A stretch of DNA of 60,826 nt, filler included, from Dugesia japonica (Eukaryota), in the NCBI GenBank assembly GCA_001938525.1. It is 6 parts of 6 records of this genome, joined end to end, with 100 filler letters (N's around TTAATTAATTAA, not from the genome) between each part and the next. Parts side by side here need not be neighbours in the genome. Positions count along the whole stretch, not along the records: positions 8,893 to 18,467 come from MQRL01623925.1; positions 18,568 to 27,864 come from MQRL01461259.1; 4 more parts are not named here. One strand, written 5' to 3'. Shown here piece after piece: positions 14,611 through 27,152 of this stretch. Position numbers and translations under genes: made by a program. The notes under the pieces were generated by a model that was not told where the DNA came from, searched no databases, and was given only the letters and a program-made list of their open reading frames with translations. Each line of letters begins with the position of its first letter. The stretch's first letter is position 1.

Positions 14611-15837
14611 TTATTAATTTATTGTTTCAGATAATGTTCAAAAATAATTCAATATAGTCGATTCTTGTATAACATTGTTTGTTTTATAGAAACTGCACTA
14701 AACTAAATTAAAAAAATACAGAGTGTTCCAATTTAAGGTTACATTTTACATTTAATTCCATTTATTTTTGTTTTGTTTTATTAAATTAATAATTGTTGAA
14801 TATCATTAAATTTTCTTGAATTATATGATTTATCCTATTCAAAAGTTCTATTAAATTTACTTAGAGTAGAAAATTACTCTATTTGAAAATAAGAATTTTC
14901 AATTCGGTGGATTAAAATAATTTTACGTCTTGTGTCCTTATTTGAACAATTTGTACAAGTGAACGATGAAATGATTCACCAGGTAAAATGGTTTCACAAA
15001 ATACATAATTATATGTTGAGGTACAAATAGTTTGTTAATTCTAATAAAATTTTATTGATAAAGAAAACTATTCGCCTTGTATCAATCATCGTTTTGTCTG
15101 TTCAGAGGAAACATTTCTTTTCAGATCTCGGAGCAAAGAAAGCTGCTTTTCTACATGAAAAGAAGGTTAACTCCATATAATGAGTCACTTCGCAGTTTAA
15201 AAGTAACTAGTTTGGTCAAACTTCCAGGTAAAGCGTTCTTCCATTCAGAAATTTCAAGATCAAAGAAATAATTCATAGTTCGACTGATATATAAAAGACA
15301 GCATTTTCATTAGATAAAGAAAGAATACTTTCTTATTCATCCAATCGAAAAAGAGAAATTTTGTTAGTTTGTCGATCAAAGACTTGAACATTCATGTAAA
15401 ACGACCAGGAATTATTTTATAAAAAGAATTAACNTTAAACTATTAATGAAGTATAAATAATCATTGCATTATCCGTGCTCAGAACTCATTGCATTATTAA
15501 TAATGCTCAGAAATTCTACAACAAACAATTATTTACATTTTCTTGTCAAGCATTATTAGATTACAGATCCGATTGTATCAGTATTAGTACTGAATCATAT
15601 TTGTATTATTCAATCTATAATTTATCTAATGTGATTCTAACACAAACACTTCTTTTAAAAATGCTAAATGATTCACTTTAATTTTGTTTATTGTAATTAC
15701 ATTTCTAATATTATACATTTTAACTATCGTTAAAGTTTCTATGATAATCATTAGTAACACCAATTAACTATTTCCACATTACTTTTACTATCACTATCGA
15801 CGACGTTACTAATATTATTATGAGGGGAATTTTTGAT

Positions 15838-15887
15838 GTTTCTTTCTGTGAAGTGTAGAAATGTTTCTACACTTCACAGAAAGAAAC
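15838..15887. repeat. Perfect 24-bp inverted repeat with 2-nt spacer
   Basis: gtttctttctgtgaagtgtagaaa-tg-tttctacacttcacagaaagaaac. Confidence 0.95.
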
Positions 15888-16630
15888 CTGAACAAATATT
15901 AATTAAAGAAGATAAATCTCAGATTAATGTAGTGTTCAACAATTACAATATTTGAAAAAAAAATAATTTTGATTAAAAAAAGTTTATATCTAGAAATAAT
16001 ATTTTTAAAATTAATATATTTTTTATATAAAAAATTTAAAAAACGAAATAATATTAATTNNNNNNNNNNNNNNNNNNNNNNNNNNNNNNNNNNNNNNNNN
16101 NNNNNNNNNTTTTTAAAATTAATATATTTTTTATATAAAAAATTTAAAAAACGAAATAATATTAATTAAATATAATATTAATATTAATTATTAAATATAT
16201 TAATTAGTTGTCTTAATACGAATTTTAAAGAAATTTTAAAAATTTTTATTTCAAAGAAAATTAATTTTATAATATTGTGTAAAATTAGTTCATTTTTGAA
16301 TGAATTTTTATAAAGAAATTTATAAAAAATAATATTTATTACATAAATTATATGTATTAAAAACACAAAAAACAAAATGAAATTTTTAAAAATTTTCAAA
16401 AAAAATACAAAAAAACTGAAATTAAAAAATTTTAAGTATAATATATATATAATATCTAAAAGACTTTTCTGTAATTATCAAAAAAATTTTGTTTTGAAAT
16501 TTTTTGAGTTAATTTAAAAATAAAAATTAAAATCATTAAATTTTAAAAAAATAAACCAATAAAATTTTGATAAAATTTAAAGAATTTAGTAACAAAGATA
16601 TATTGAATTGAATATCTCAAGAAGCCAACA

Positions 16631-16665
16631 TGTTCCTGAAGAAGACTATTGTCGAAAATTTGAAC
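16631..16665 (+). ncRNA. Minimal type I hammerhead ribozyme-like motif in a Penelope-like terminal repeat
   Basis: gttc-CTGAAGA-a-gac-tatt-gtc-GAAA-attt-gaac: stem I, catalytic core, stem II and a very short stem III. Related degenerate repeat copies lie at ~150-260, ~5460-5610 and ~47130-47275. Confidence 0.5.
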
Positions 16666-18236
16666 TTTTTTACAAATAAATTTTGTTTTGATCGAAGCTT
16701 TTTCTTATTTATGAAATATATTAGAAAGTTTGTGATTTAAATTTTATTGTGTTTCAATTAAATTTGTAATTTATTTTGTAAACAGTAACTATATTTGTTA
16801 ATAATGTATTTTGTTTATAAATTTCTTTTAATTTATTGCAGTTATAACATTCACGAAATGTTTGTAAAGGAAGAAAATTTTATTAATGAGGTGTGTATTC
16901 CTCACAATTACAATTTACGTTTATTATTCTTATCGATAGTGTCGTATTTATTGATATAGATATTCTTTTAACGTAATATACTATTAAGAACATTATTGTC
17001 GATTTTTAGTTATTATCATTGACATTATTTTTATAGCCAAAGTTAATGAGATGTTTAAGGTTATTGTTATCATAGTCTTTCTTATTATTATTACTAGTAT
17101 TACTATAAATATTATTATAACTCACAAAGGTAGATTTATTATTATTGTTAGTATTACTGTTAAATTGTAGTCCTATTCGTATTGATATTGAGCTTAACTT
17201 CATCAAAATTTTTAGTTAATATTATTAATATTTCAAAACACATTGTAGTCGACTATTATCTTTATCCCTGTCTATCACAATCAATTGTATTATCATTAGC
17301 ATCATTGCTGTTATCATTATCCTTCAGCAAATATTTCATACGTTAAGGCAGTAGATAAGAATTTAAAATTTTTGCTTTTCAAATATTGCTTCAACACTAG
17401 TCGATTACAACTTACAAANCAGGAACTGAAGCTCTCACAGTATCTAACGTGTGGATGGGAACAAACCTTACAATTCCACTAACTATCCAAAGCAGAATTA
17501 AATCTCAATTGGTGAATTTCACAGTAATCTGAGCTAATATTAAATTCGGTTCATGTCCTTGAAACTTTAGGCAAAATAGATTTGTGGCTCTTTTTGAAAC
17601 CTTACAGTTTTGATTTGTTTATCTTAGCAGTGAGCTCTAAATTAATTAAAATCTTCTGCAACTAATGGTTTATACACTATTAGTTTTCCTTCACCACACG
17701 CACATACAAATGTTATGGACGCTCCGCTCAAACTCTAGAATCACACATCTAAACGAGCTAATCCCAAATTTTAGAAAATCTTTAAATATTGACTCATTCT
17801 ATTTGAAAAAAATATTAAATATATCAATTTAAAAAGACACAAACAAATTCTGAAAATATTCTCCTAGAACATGATAATTAGATTCCTGGGTATAGCCGTG
17901 TCAAATTAGATTAGAAGTTAGCATAAAAAAAGAAGGTTGTGTTGTTCATAATTTTTATATACTGATTGGTNNNNNNNNNNNNNNNNNNNNNNNNNNNNNN
18001 NNNNNNNNNNNNNNNNNNNNNNNNNNNNNNNNNNNNNNNNNNNNNNNNNNNNNNNNNNNNNNNNNNAAAAAAATTAACATCATTACATCCTAATTTGAAA
18101 TTGTAATCTTATGATAAACAACATCATAATTTGCATTAAGAACAAAATATATGGAAACAAAGCCTTATTCATTTAGTTAAGTTTTAAATAAATATAATTT
18201 TTTAATTACTTATATGGTTTTTTTTCATAAGGTAAG

Positions 18237-18300
18237 CAGGGCTGTCTTAAGAAATTCGGCGTCTGTGGGCTACTAAAAATAGTGCGCCCTTTTTCGTAAG
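18237..18300 (+). mobile_element. Probable hAT-type terminal sequence
   Basis: cagggctgtcttaag..ggcgtc..gcgccc resembles CAGGGCCG-type hAT termini; other end not seen. Confidence 0.35.
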
Positions 18301-18567
18301 AAAAGTCACAGAATAACATACGGGAGCGGGGTGTCCGGCAAAGTTATACAAAAGTGTCAGAACTAGAAAAAAAACAATTTATTACTTATATACTAAACAA
18401 AAACACAAAATTGAATTAAATAAAACTAAAAAACCTTTATAAACAAAAACAAACCTTAATGTAAACANNNNNNNNNNNNNNNNNNNNNNNNNNNNNNNNN
18501 NNNNNNNNNNNTTAATTAATTAANNNNNNNNNNNNNNNNNNNNNNNNNNNNNNNNNNNNNNNNNNNN

Positions 18568-18718
18568 GGTTCCAGTTCTTTCATCCCTCATACGAGTTTT
18601 GGCCTTCTAGTCCCATTTTGGTTTTCGTAATTCTTCTCTCTTTTCTTATGTAGATTCTTTGAATTTCGTGTTTACCTACGCCATTATATTTGCCTTAATC
18701 CGGTGTTTCACACCAATA
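18568..18718 (+). mobile_element. Right end of the TGTTGGGG..CCCCAACA LTR-like family, abutting the Maverick capsid gene
   Basis: Aligns by eye to 50880-51070 (..tacgccatt..tttgccttaatc.ggtgtttcac.ccaa.a). Confidence 0.8.
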
Positions 18719-19320
18719 GTTTTACAGTTTTTGATATTCTTTGAATAAATAAATTATTATTCTTTTAATAAGAAATTTCTGAATATTTTACACTTATAAA
18801 TATATGTCTTGGTTTATAAGATAAAAAAACTTAATTTTACTGAATAATAGTTTCTTGAATCTAGATTTGTTTTGGAAACAATTCTATTTAAAAAGGAAAC
18901 TTGAATAGATTTATTTGCGTTAATTCTTTCCAAAAGATTCAATTCCATTTTTGGTGCTAATCTACATTTTGGAATATGTTTTTCTAGAGTTGTTAATTTT
19001 AAAGTAGCAGTATTATCTTTATCACCATAAAATAATAATTTATCATTTATTTGTATATTACAAGTAAATTCAATCATTGTATTATATAATAATCTGTTAT
19101 AAAATTGTAAAAATCCAAATAATTTTTTAATGAAAAATAACCTTTAAATTTCTTTTTTGAATTATAAAATTTCTTTCTTCTGTAAAAACCCATATTTGCA
19201 TCCCATCCATCAACATCAACGTCATCTTTATTTATATCTGGAATTTATCCACATTAATCATCGTATTCCTTTTTACAAGTTGAAGCAATTGTAATAAAAT
19301 TAAAAATCAATTTTTTAAAA
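18719..19320 (-). pseudogene. Double jelly-roll major capsid protein (hexon-like), Maverick type
   Basis: LFGFLQFYNRLLYNTMIEF..LKLTTLEKHIPKCRLAPKMELNLLERINANKSIQVSF..KPRHIFI follows the Maverick MCP pattern GF..DY.KII.N..HEL..W..P.V.L....L.LL....K.I.ISF..KPRYVI. Confidence 0.7.
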
Positions 19321-19399
19321 AGTCTTATTCAATAGACTATTTCAGAGATTTTTATTTTAGATTTTAAAAAGTCTATTTTTATCTTCTTTTCCATTTAAA

Positions 19400-20218
19400 A
19401 TTAGCTTATCTAAAATAAGTAATTTATTATGTTTATGAAGCTCTTCTAAAATCTCTTTAATGTTTCAAAAATTATTACATATTTGATGCCAAGATAAAGT
19501 ACAATTCAAAAGTACATCATCATTTGAGATTTTGAATTTTTAACTTTTATGTGTAGACCACTTAATTGCTCCCCTAATTTATAATAAACTTTATTTACTT
19601 TAGATGTATAATTAATTAACCAAGAATCTAATGTTTTCATATTATTAAATAAAGAAGATATATATAGATGGAATACTTTTTGTATGATTCGGTTTAATTA
19701 TCTCTGGTAAATTATGAACAATACTTTAGAATGAATTAAAAAAACTTTAAAACCATTTAGAATTGGAATTTATTTTTGGATTTCTTCTTAAATTTCTTCA
19801 TTTTCTTCTTCTTGGATTTCTTCTTGATTATTTACTTCTTCTTGAACTTCTTCTTCATTAGATTCAATTTCTTTAATATGATTATATTGAATTGGGATTG
19901 GAATTTCTTTATGATTATTTGGAATTGGTTCTTCATCATCTTTAGAATCATCTTCATCATTTTCACATTCATTTTCAGAATCTGATAAATCAGCACTCAA
20001 CTCCAATAAAATTTGTTCAGCCCCAACTTCATTTTTTTTTCTTTTTTTGCTTGTTTAATTTTTCTATCAATATTTTCTAAATATATTTTAAAAAAATTCT
20101 TCACACTCATTACACATCATTTTTGTTAAGAGTGTTTTAATATATTTATATAAATTATCATCGTTTCTTACATACCTTGTAATATCTTTTAGACTCAATT
20201 GATTCAAGTTAGTATCCA
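19400..20218 (-). pseudogene. Acidic (E/D-rich) orphan protein of the Maverick, frameshifted
   Basis: MDTNLNQLSLKDITRY..KKEKK, then frameshift into ORF 19788-20006 (SDSENECENDEDD..EEIQEEENEEI). Confidence 0.45.
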
Positions 20219-20384
20219 TTTTAAGTATCTAGTTATTAGTTAGATATTATTTTTTTAAAAGTCAAGTAAATAAAATTTCTTCAGTATCAGAATAAGAGTT
20301 GATTGATTTGATAAATTCTAATAAATGTAAATCATTAAAAGTTAATGGTCAAAACTATTGATTGGTAAATAAGTTAAAGAAGAA

Positions 20385-20774
20385 ATGAAAAAGAGATTAG
20401 ACAAAGAACATGAAAGTGGTTTTGCTTTTTTGCTGCTATTCCTGCTATAATTGCTGGTTTAGCATCAACAGCAGAAATTGCAACTGGAATGGCTTCAACT
20501 GTAAGCAATTCAAAAGATGCTATCAAAAAAATAAAAATAAACTGAATTAATTAAATTACAGAAAAAGAAACTTGAAAATAAATTACAAAATGAAAGTTTA
20601 AAACCTAGTTCTCAAACAGGATTATGTCTATAACCTTCTCAAGGAAGTGCAATAAATAAGTATTTAAAAAATACTTTAGAAGTTGAAAGTTCAGAGTTGA
20701 AGATGATTACTAAAAATTTTTAAAAAGGAGTTAAACTTGAATTAAAAGGTTATGGTTCGTATTTAAAACCTTAA
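20385..20774 (+). pseudogene. Maverick core/membrane-lytic-like protein (GGFL / G-x-G-x-YLKP family)
   Basis: ESGFAF..AAIPAIIAGLASTAEIATGMASTVSNSK amphipathic segment and terminal KGYGSYLKP motif. Confidence 0.6.
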
Positions 20775-20803
20775 GTTAATTCCTTATGAAAATCCTAAAT
20801 AAA

Positions 20804-21555
20804 ATGGATAATATGAAAATATTATATGGAAAGAATAAAACTTTTAAAAGATTTAATCAAAGCTCAAGATGATTATAATACTTTATTTACTGGTAATGTA
20901 ATTGAATCAAAAGCTTTACAAGATACTCTAACATGTGAACAACAATTTACTATTAAAGCTATTGAAATATTAAGTTTAAAACCTGATTTAAAATTTTATT
21001 CACAACCTAATTTTAACAAGAAAATAACCAAGCTAAAAGTCTTTTTAAAAATAGAATACCATAACTAAACTTGATTTTCATAAAAACATTTATCTGACTC
21101 AATTAGACCTATATTAGAAACACAAGTTATTTCTGATAAAAAGTTTCAAACAATAATTCATCTTATTTGAAGAAGATTCTAAGAAATACTTTTTATCTAA
21201 AGAATTAAATCCTTATTCTGAAGAAGTAATGAATTTAATTTTAGGAAAAAGAAGTAATGATCTAGAAGCAATTAATATTTATTTAAATAAATTAAATATT
21301 AAAATTCCAACTTCTAATTATTATAAAAACTTTATTAAACCAATTCTTAGGAAGGGTGAAGGTTTTGACTTTACTTCAAACTCAAAATCAGATGTAATAA
21401 ATTTATTTGAGAGATTAACATTATTAATTTCATCATTAAAAGCTGGTCATAATAATTTAAACAAAGATATTAAATATATATGTCAAGAATTATTAGATAA
21501 TGAATTAATTACCAAAGATGTATATAATAATTATAAAAATAAATATTTTAGTTAA
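20804..21555 (+). pseudogene. Conserved Maverick protein located immediately upstream of the penton
   Basis: C-terminus GEG..LFERLTLLISSLKAGHNNLNKDIKYICQELLDNELI matches the L..RL.LL..S..AGN....EI..I..EL motif. Confidence 0.7.
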
Positions 21556-21560
21556 AGAAA

Positions 21561-22225
21561 ATGTATCATCAATTTTTACTTGTTGGCAAAGAATCTAATT
21601 TAGAAGTTTTTTTAAGATTTCCAAAAAAAATTAGATTAGATTCTGACTATGAAATGGGTTTATTATTTTTTTGTTATTATAATATAATTTTTAATGTTAC
21701 TTGTAAAAATAATACTTTTAACTGTAATAATCAAGAAAAAACGATAGAGCCGAGTGCTCTAAAATACTTAAAATTACAAAAATCTCTAGTAAATTAAAGA
21801 TCACGGAAAAGATATTACACCAAATCTTTCAACAACAAAATGTAATTTAACAACAAAACATTCTTTAAAATTTCATACCAAATATTTTTTCAAACTATCT
21901 TGGGTTTTTTACCCGAAGAATACTTACCAGGAAAATATTATTCAAAAAATAAAGTTGATATTTTAAACATTAATATAATAAATATAACTTGTAATTTAGT
22001 TAAAGGTAATTATATTACTTAATTCTCCAATGAATTTATTATATTCTTTCCCAACAAATACTGTTGGTTTTGGTTACAAAATTAAAGAAAGACCTTCTAC
22101 TCATATTTATTAAAAATTAAACTTCAAGTGTGTTGATTCTTAAAAATTTAATATTATAGATGAAAATAATAACCTATAGATTTTGATGGTGAAACTATTT
22201 CTTTATCAGTTCATATTGTTAAGTA
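21561..22225 (+). pseudogene. Minor capsid protein (penton), Maverick
   Basis: FLLVGKESNL..IRLDSDYEMGLL..YNIIFNVTCKNNTF..INITCNLVKGNY..GYKIKERPS..IIDENN.IDFDGETISLSVHI. Confidence 0.85.
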
Positions 22226-23235
22226 TTTCTACTCAACAAGTTATTTTATAGTTCGTTAATTTAAAGCTGTTGGATAAAAATTTATTTATCAATTTATGGG
22301 TGTTATCATTTCTTTCGTATTTTAGTACAAATATTATATAATATATATCGTTAAATGAAATTTATAAATAGTGTAATATATGTGTAAATATAAATAAATC
22401 AAGAATTTACCTTTTAAAATAATTTATTTGTGGTGTATACAACGATATAGTATAACAATAAAAACTTATAAGATTTATTTTATATTAAATTATCGATGCA
22501 GCCCAGAGAGTTTGGATGCTAATTTATAGCTTTTTGTCTGAACAATCACTGAAACAGATCAGTATTTATACTAAATCTGTTCAAGGTGCACACACATTAT
22601 TCCATTCACACATAGTACATATTTATATAACATTAAATAAAATTTCATTAAAATAAACATAAATTGAATAAAGTTCTTCATAAAATAAAATAATCACAAA
22701 ATTATTATTTTCATTCACTTTCATGAAATAGTCCAATCAATAAAATTATTATTTCGATTCACATTTATAGAACTTAAAATAGAATAATTAGAAAAATTAT
22801 TATTTACATTATTCACATTTGTTCAATCAATAAAATTAACATAATGAATTCACATAATGAAGTCTTCTATAAATACAGTTTTAATAGAAGAAAGTTTTGT
22901 ACTCAATTATCGAATGTTGATTCATTTTGATTTATCATCGAATGTTGTTTGATGATTTATTATCAAATGTGGATTGATTGATAATTATTGAATTCTCAGA
23001 ACTGACTAATACGTGATGTGTATTTGAATGTTGTATATAGGTATGTGTTGTGTTTTTGTGACCTATTTCAACAATATAAGAAAATGTCTTATATAAACTG
23101 TACAATATTAGATTTTCTAAAAACATTTGAAATTAATACCAAAACCAATTTTGATTTATATTCTATTGCAGATTTTTCAAATATTGATATTAAGGTTTTA
23201 ATGAAAAATGAAATAACAAATGAAATTTTGAATAT

Positions 23236-23699
23236 TGTATTTTTGAGTATTTTTTGTATTTTTATATGGGAAGGGGTGTTTTTCTATATTTTTTGGAGAG
23301 GAAGAGGGTAGTTTTGATTTTTTGGCTGGAAATAAAAATTTTTTTTGGAGAGAAATTTAAATTTTTTTTTGAGCAGACTGTATATTTATGTATGGGATAG
23401 GGCAGTCTTGATATTTTGCATAGGATAAGGGGAGTCTCTATATCAAATATCAAGACTGCCCAATTCCATACATAAATATACAGTCTGCTCTAAAAAAAAT
23501 TTTAATTTTTCCCGCTACCAAAGAAGTATTTAAATTTCTCTCCCAAAAAATAATTTTTTAATTTCTCGCCAAAAAATAATTTTTAAATTTCCAGCCGAAA
23601 AAAATTTCTTTAAAAATATCGAAACTACCCTCTTTCTCTCCTAAAAATATACAAAACACCCCTTCCCATACAAAAATACAAAAAATACTCAAAAATACA
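23236..23699. repeat. Large imperfect palindrome (~460 bp)
   Basis: Arms include gagcagactgtatatttatgtatgg / ccatacataaatatacagtctgctc and tatgggaaggggtgtttt / aaaacaccccttcccata; central loop ~25 nt near 23430. Confidence 0.95.
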
Positions 23700-26318
23700 T
23701 CATTTTTACAAAAATACCATTTTTTTTCAACTAATTCATCATTTTAAGCTAAATACAGCATTTTTAGACCAAATTAAGTTTTCAAAAAATTATTACGTCA
23801 CCTACTTGACAGAAAATTTTCAAATAAATCTTATAAAATCCGATAATTAATTTTCTTTCAACCCATACCACTTTCCTTCTACCGAAAATTTTTTTTAACA
23901 CACTTTTACTACTTACAAACCTCAACTAATCAAATTCAACCACAAAAAATCAGAAATTAAAGCACAATTGACATCCAAAATCTTTCCAATCACATTACTT
24001 TTCCAACAACCCATCAACCAACAAAATCCATTAAATCCCTACAAAGATAAACCCTCCCAAAAACACCCTACGATAACTCATACTCCTGTGCCGTGGCGCC
24101 ATTACTCTTTGTAGGCCAAACCTTCCATCCTACTTCATTAGTCTTTAAGACAATGTATAGATAGAATATTTGTCCAACAACAACCAAACCTTAAAAACAC
24201 CCAAAAAATTATTTTCAAGATCTCCACATCTCCCTCGAGTTTGAATTCACTCTTTCACACACGCACACACACGGAAACTCAACTTGACCTACTTTAAATT
24301 AACCCCCTTAGCAACACAAAAACACACAACATTTAAAAATTAAAAATACACACACACACTTTCTGGATCAAAAATTTCGCATCCAATCAAAAAAAATGTT
24401 CTGATCATAATTTTTTTCATCCCAAAAATCTGAGAAAAAAAACTACACAAAAATCATAGCACAAATTCTAAGCATAATCCGAGGCTCTCGGGGTGTAAAT
24501 TGGGGCGTGGCGCCACTATCCCTCTACATATTTATATTCAACAACTTTTGGAAAATAATAATCAGTGTATTAGAGATATAGCTCAGTTGATAATTAAAAT
24601 AAATAAATTCAAAGATTAAGTTTGTGAGGGTTCGTATGAATCCTATTCTCAACCTTATGTTCTTTTATGTTTTTTTATGAAGCAACATTATTACTTAATT
24701 TTAAATAAAGATAAGATAATTAATTGTAATAATAATATGATAGCAATAATTATAGGAATATTAAATGATAATAATAAATTCATTACAAAATATGAATAAA
24801 TAGACAATGATAATACTGTAATAATAGATATAGAAATATTAAATAGCAATAATTGGTAGACATATGTATAAGTAGATAATAAATAATATTATTAATATAA
24901 GAATTAATGGAAAAATAGTAATAATAGAGTTAATAATTTAGAATGAAATAATAATAATATTAAGTATAATAATAATAATTTTTTAATTAAGCTTTGTTCA
25001 AGATAGTTGATTATTTTCAAATAAATGACTAATAAGTCACATGAAATTGTGAAATAAAGAAAATTACTATAATTAGATTGTAGTCAAAATTAGTAATTTT
25101 AAAATTACCAAATTTGGATAGCAGACTATTTTTGGTAATTTATCTGATTAGTTGTGCAATTTAATATAAATTGCAACCACACAACAGAAATAAGACAATA
25201 AATTACGACACAAAATTTTACGATATAAATTTATTAGTGACACTAAAATTTGAATTGATTGATAAATTTGTGAAAAGGCAAATTAATTTTTGTTAAAATC
25301 AAATTTTAATTTTAGTTATATTTCTAGGGTTTAGAGGCTAGTGAAAGATAACCCCTCGATCTACAGTATCGAGTTAAGTTTAAATTAAAAATTACGACTT
25401 AAAATCAATTGAATAAACGCAAGTTGATACAATCTGGACGAGTTGCTCTTTAATTAATAAAAACATTTCCCCAGAAATTCATTTTTTTTATTAAGGCATT
25501 GCACTAAAAACGGTGAGCCAACGTTTTTTTATTTTTGGCAAATTGATATCTTGTATACTCTGTTTTTTATAGGAAAACGCCAAGTAATGGCTTGTAAATT
25601 TACATTAAAAGTTTTCCTTTTTATAAATTATTTGTGTTGTATAAATTGATAATAAATTATTGGATCTTATTGTTTTTGTTTTCAAGTTTTTATATTATTT
25701 GATAATAATAATTAAAATATTGCAGTTCTATTCAGAACTTACAAAGCACAGATTGAAGTAAAATACTTACATAATTATCGATTCCTTCCAAACTCATTTA
25801 ATTTACTGCAACCGGAAATTAACTGATTTTGGACTAAGATACGAGCACCCAGTGTGAGGAACCCTAAAATCATATTTACATTTTTACAATACATTTTTAA
25901 AAATACAAAAAACGTAACCAAACACATTTTTGAACCTCACAAGTAACTTCAAGAAGTTGAACAAAAAATAAATAATTTATCTAGCAATTGTTCTCCTGAA
26001 AAATTTAAAAAAATAAATTATGATTTAGAAAAATTAAATTACAAAATTAAATTTAATAAACAAATGATGAATGACCCTTTACTTTCTTTAGAAAAAAGGA
26101 TTCATCAAAATAAAAAATGATTATCATAATGACCAAGTTAAAGAAATTAATGATTATATTAATAAATTAAATAAACAAAAATCATTAGGAAAACTTTATG
26201 AACACGATTTATTAAACAAAATTAAAGAAATAATTGATAATTATTTTCTATTTCTTATAAAAAGAAATTATGGTGAGTATAATAATATACTAGTAATCTT
26301 ATTAACCACTTTTATTAT

Positions 26319-26691
26319 TGAAAGGTAGTTTTTAAAAGTAGATTTAATATTTTGTATTTGGTGGCGGAATTTATTGAAATCAGATTGTTAAATATTTAAA
26401 TAAGAAAATAAGATAAAATATTTAAAAAGTATTTTTAAATTGGAAATTTAATAAATTGTGGATAAATTAAAATAAGATAAAATATGTAAAATGTATTTTT
26501 ATAATTTGAGAATAGATAAATTTTAAAATGTTTTGGAAATACTGATATTTGATGTTTTTTGTTTTGAATATAAAATTCTAAATTTGTTTGAAAAAAACAA
26601 ATTTATATGTATAGTTTTGTTTTATTAAATGTTGTTATGTATTCGAGTTCTGATATTAATGATCCTATGAGTATTCCAAACTCATCTAACA
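26319..26691 (+). mobile_element. Solo LTR with 5-bp target-site duplication ATTAT
   Basis: TG...CA ends with attat on both sides; homologous to the LTR at 47895-48357 (gatattaatgatcc.atgagta.t.caaactcatctaaca). Confidence 0.8.
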
Positions 26692-27152
26692 ATTATAATA
26701 AATGAATTGCCGTGTTATTATGGTTTAATAGCTCCATTTAAAATAAAAGAAAAGGAATACTAAGTAATCCTGTAAGTAACTATAACAACTCAATAAAATA
26801 TTATTTTCTTGAAAAACCATTAGAATTTTATTTTCGTTTAAATAAGTTAATAGATAAAGCACATTTTATAATTCAAGGATATTGTGATGTTCCATTTTTT
26901 TAAATATATGTAATGATTAATAATACTCCAAAAGAATTTGAAAACAACTTTACTGAAAAAAAGATATTTGCTCTTTTTACGGATGCTCAAGAAATTCTAT
27001 TCACTAACGAACAAATAATTATAGAAAGAATTATTTTAATTTACCTTAAAATATTTATATTTATAAAATTATTATTTTAAGTGATTACTCAAGTACTCAA
27101 AAATTATATTCTGAATTATTATTAAATTATCCTAAATTATCATTTAAATAAA

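Noticed and set aside
15070-15410. Protein-like minus-strand frame
   Set aside because: Several stops and no recognisable family; cannot be supported
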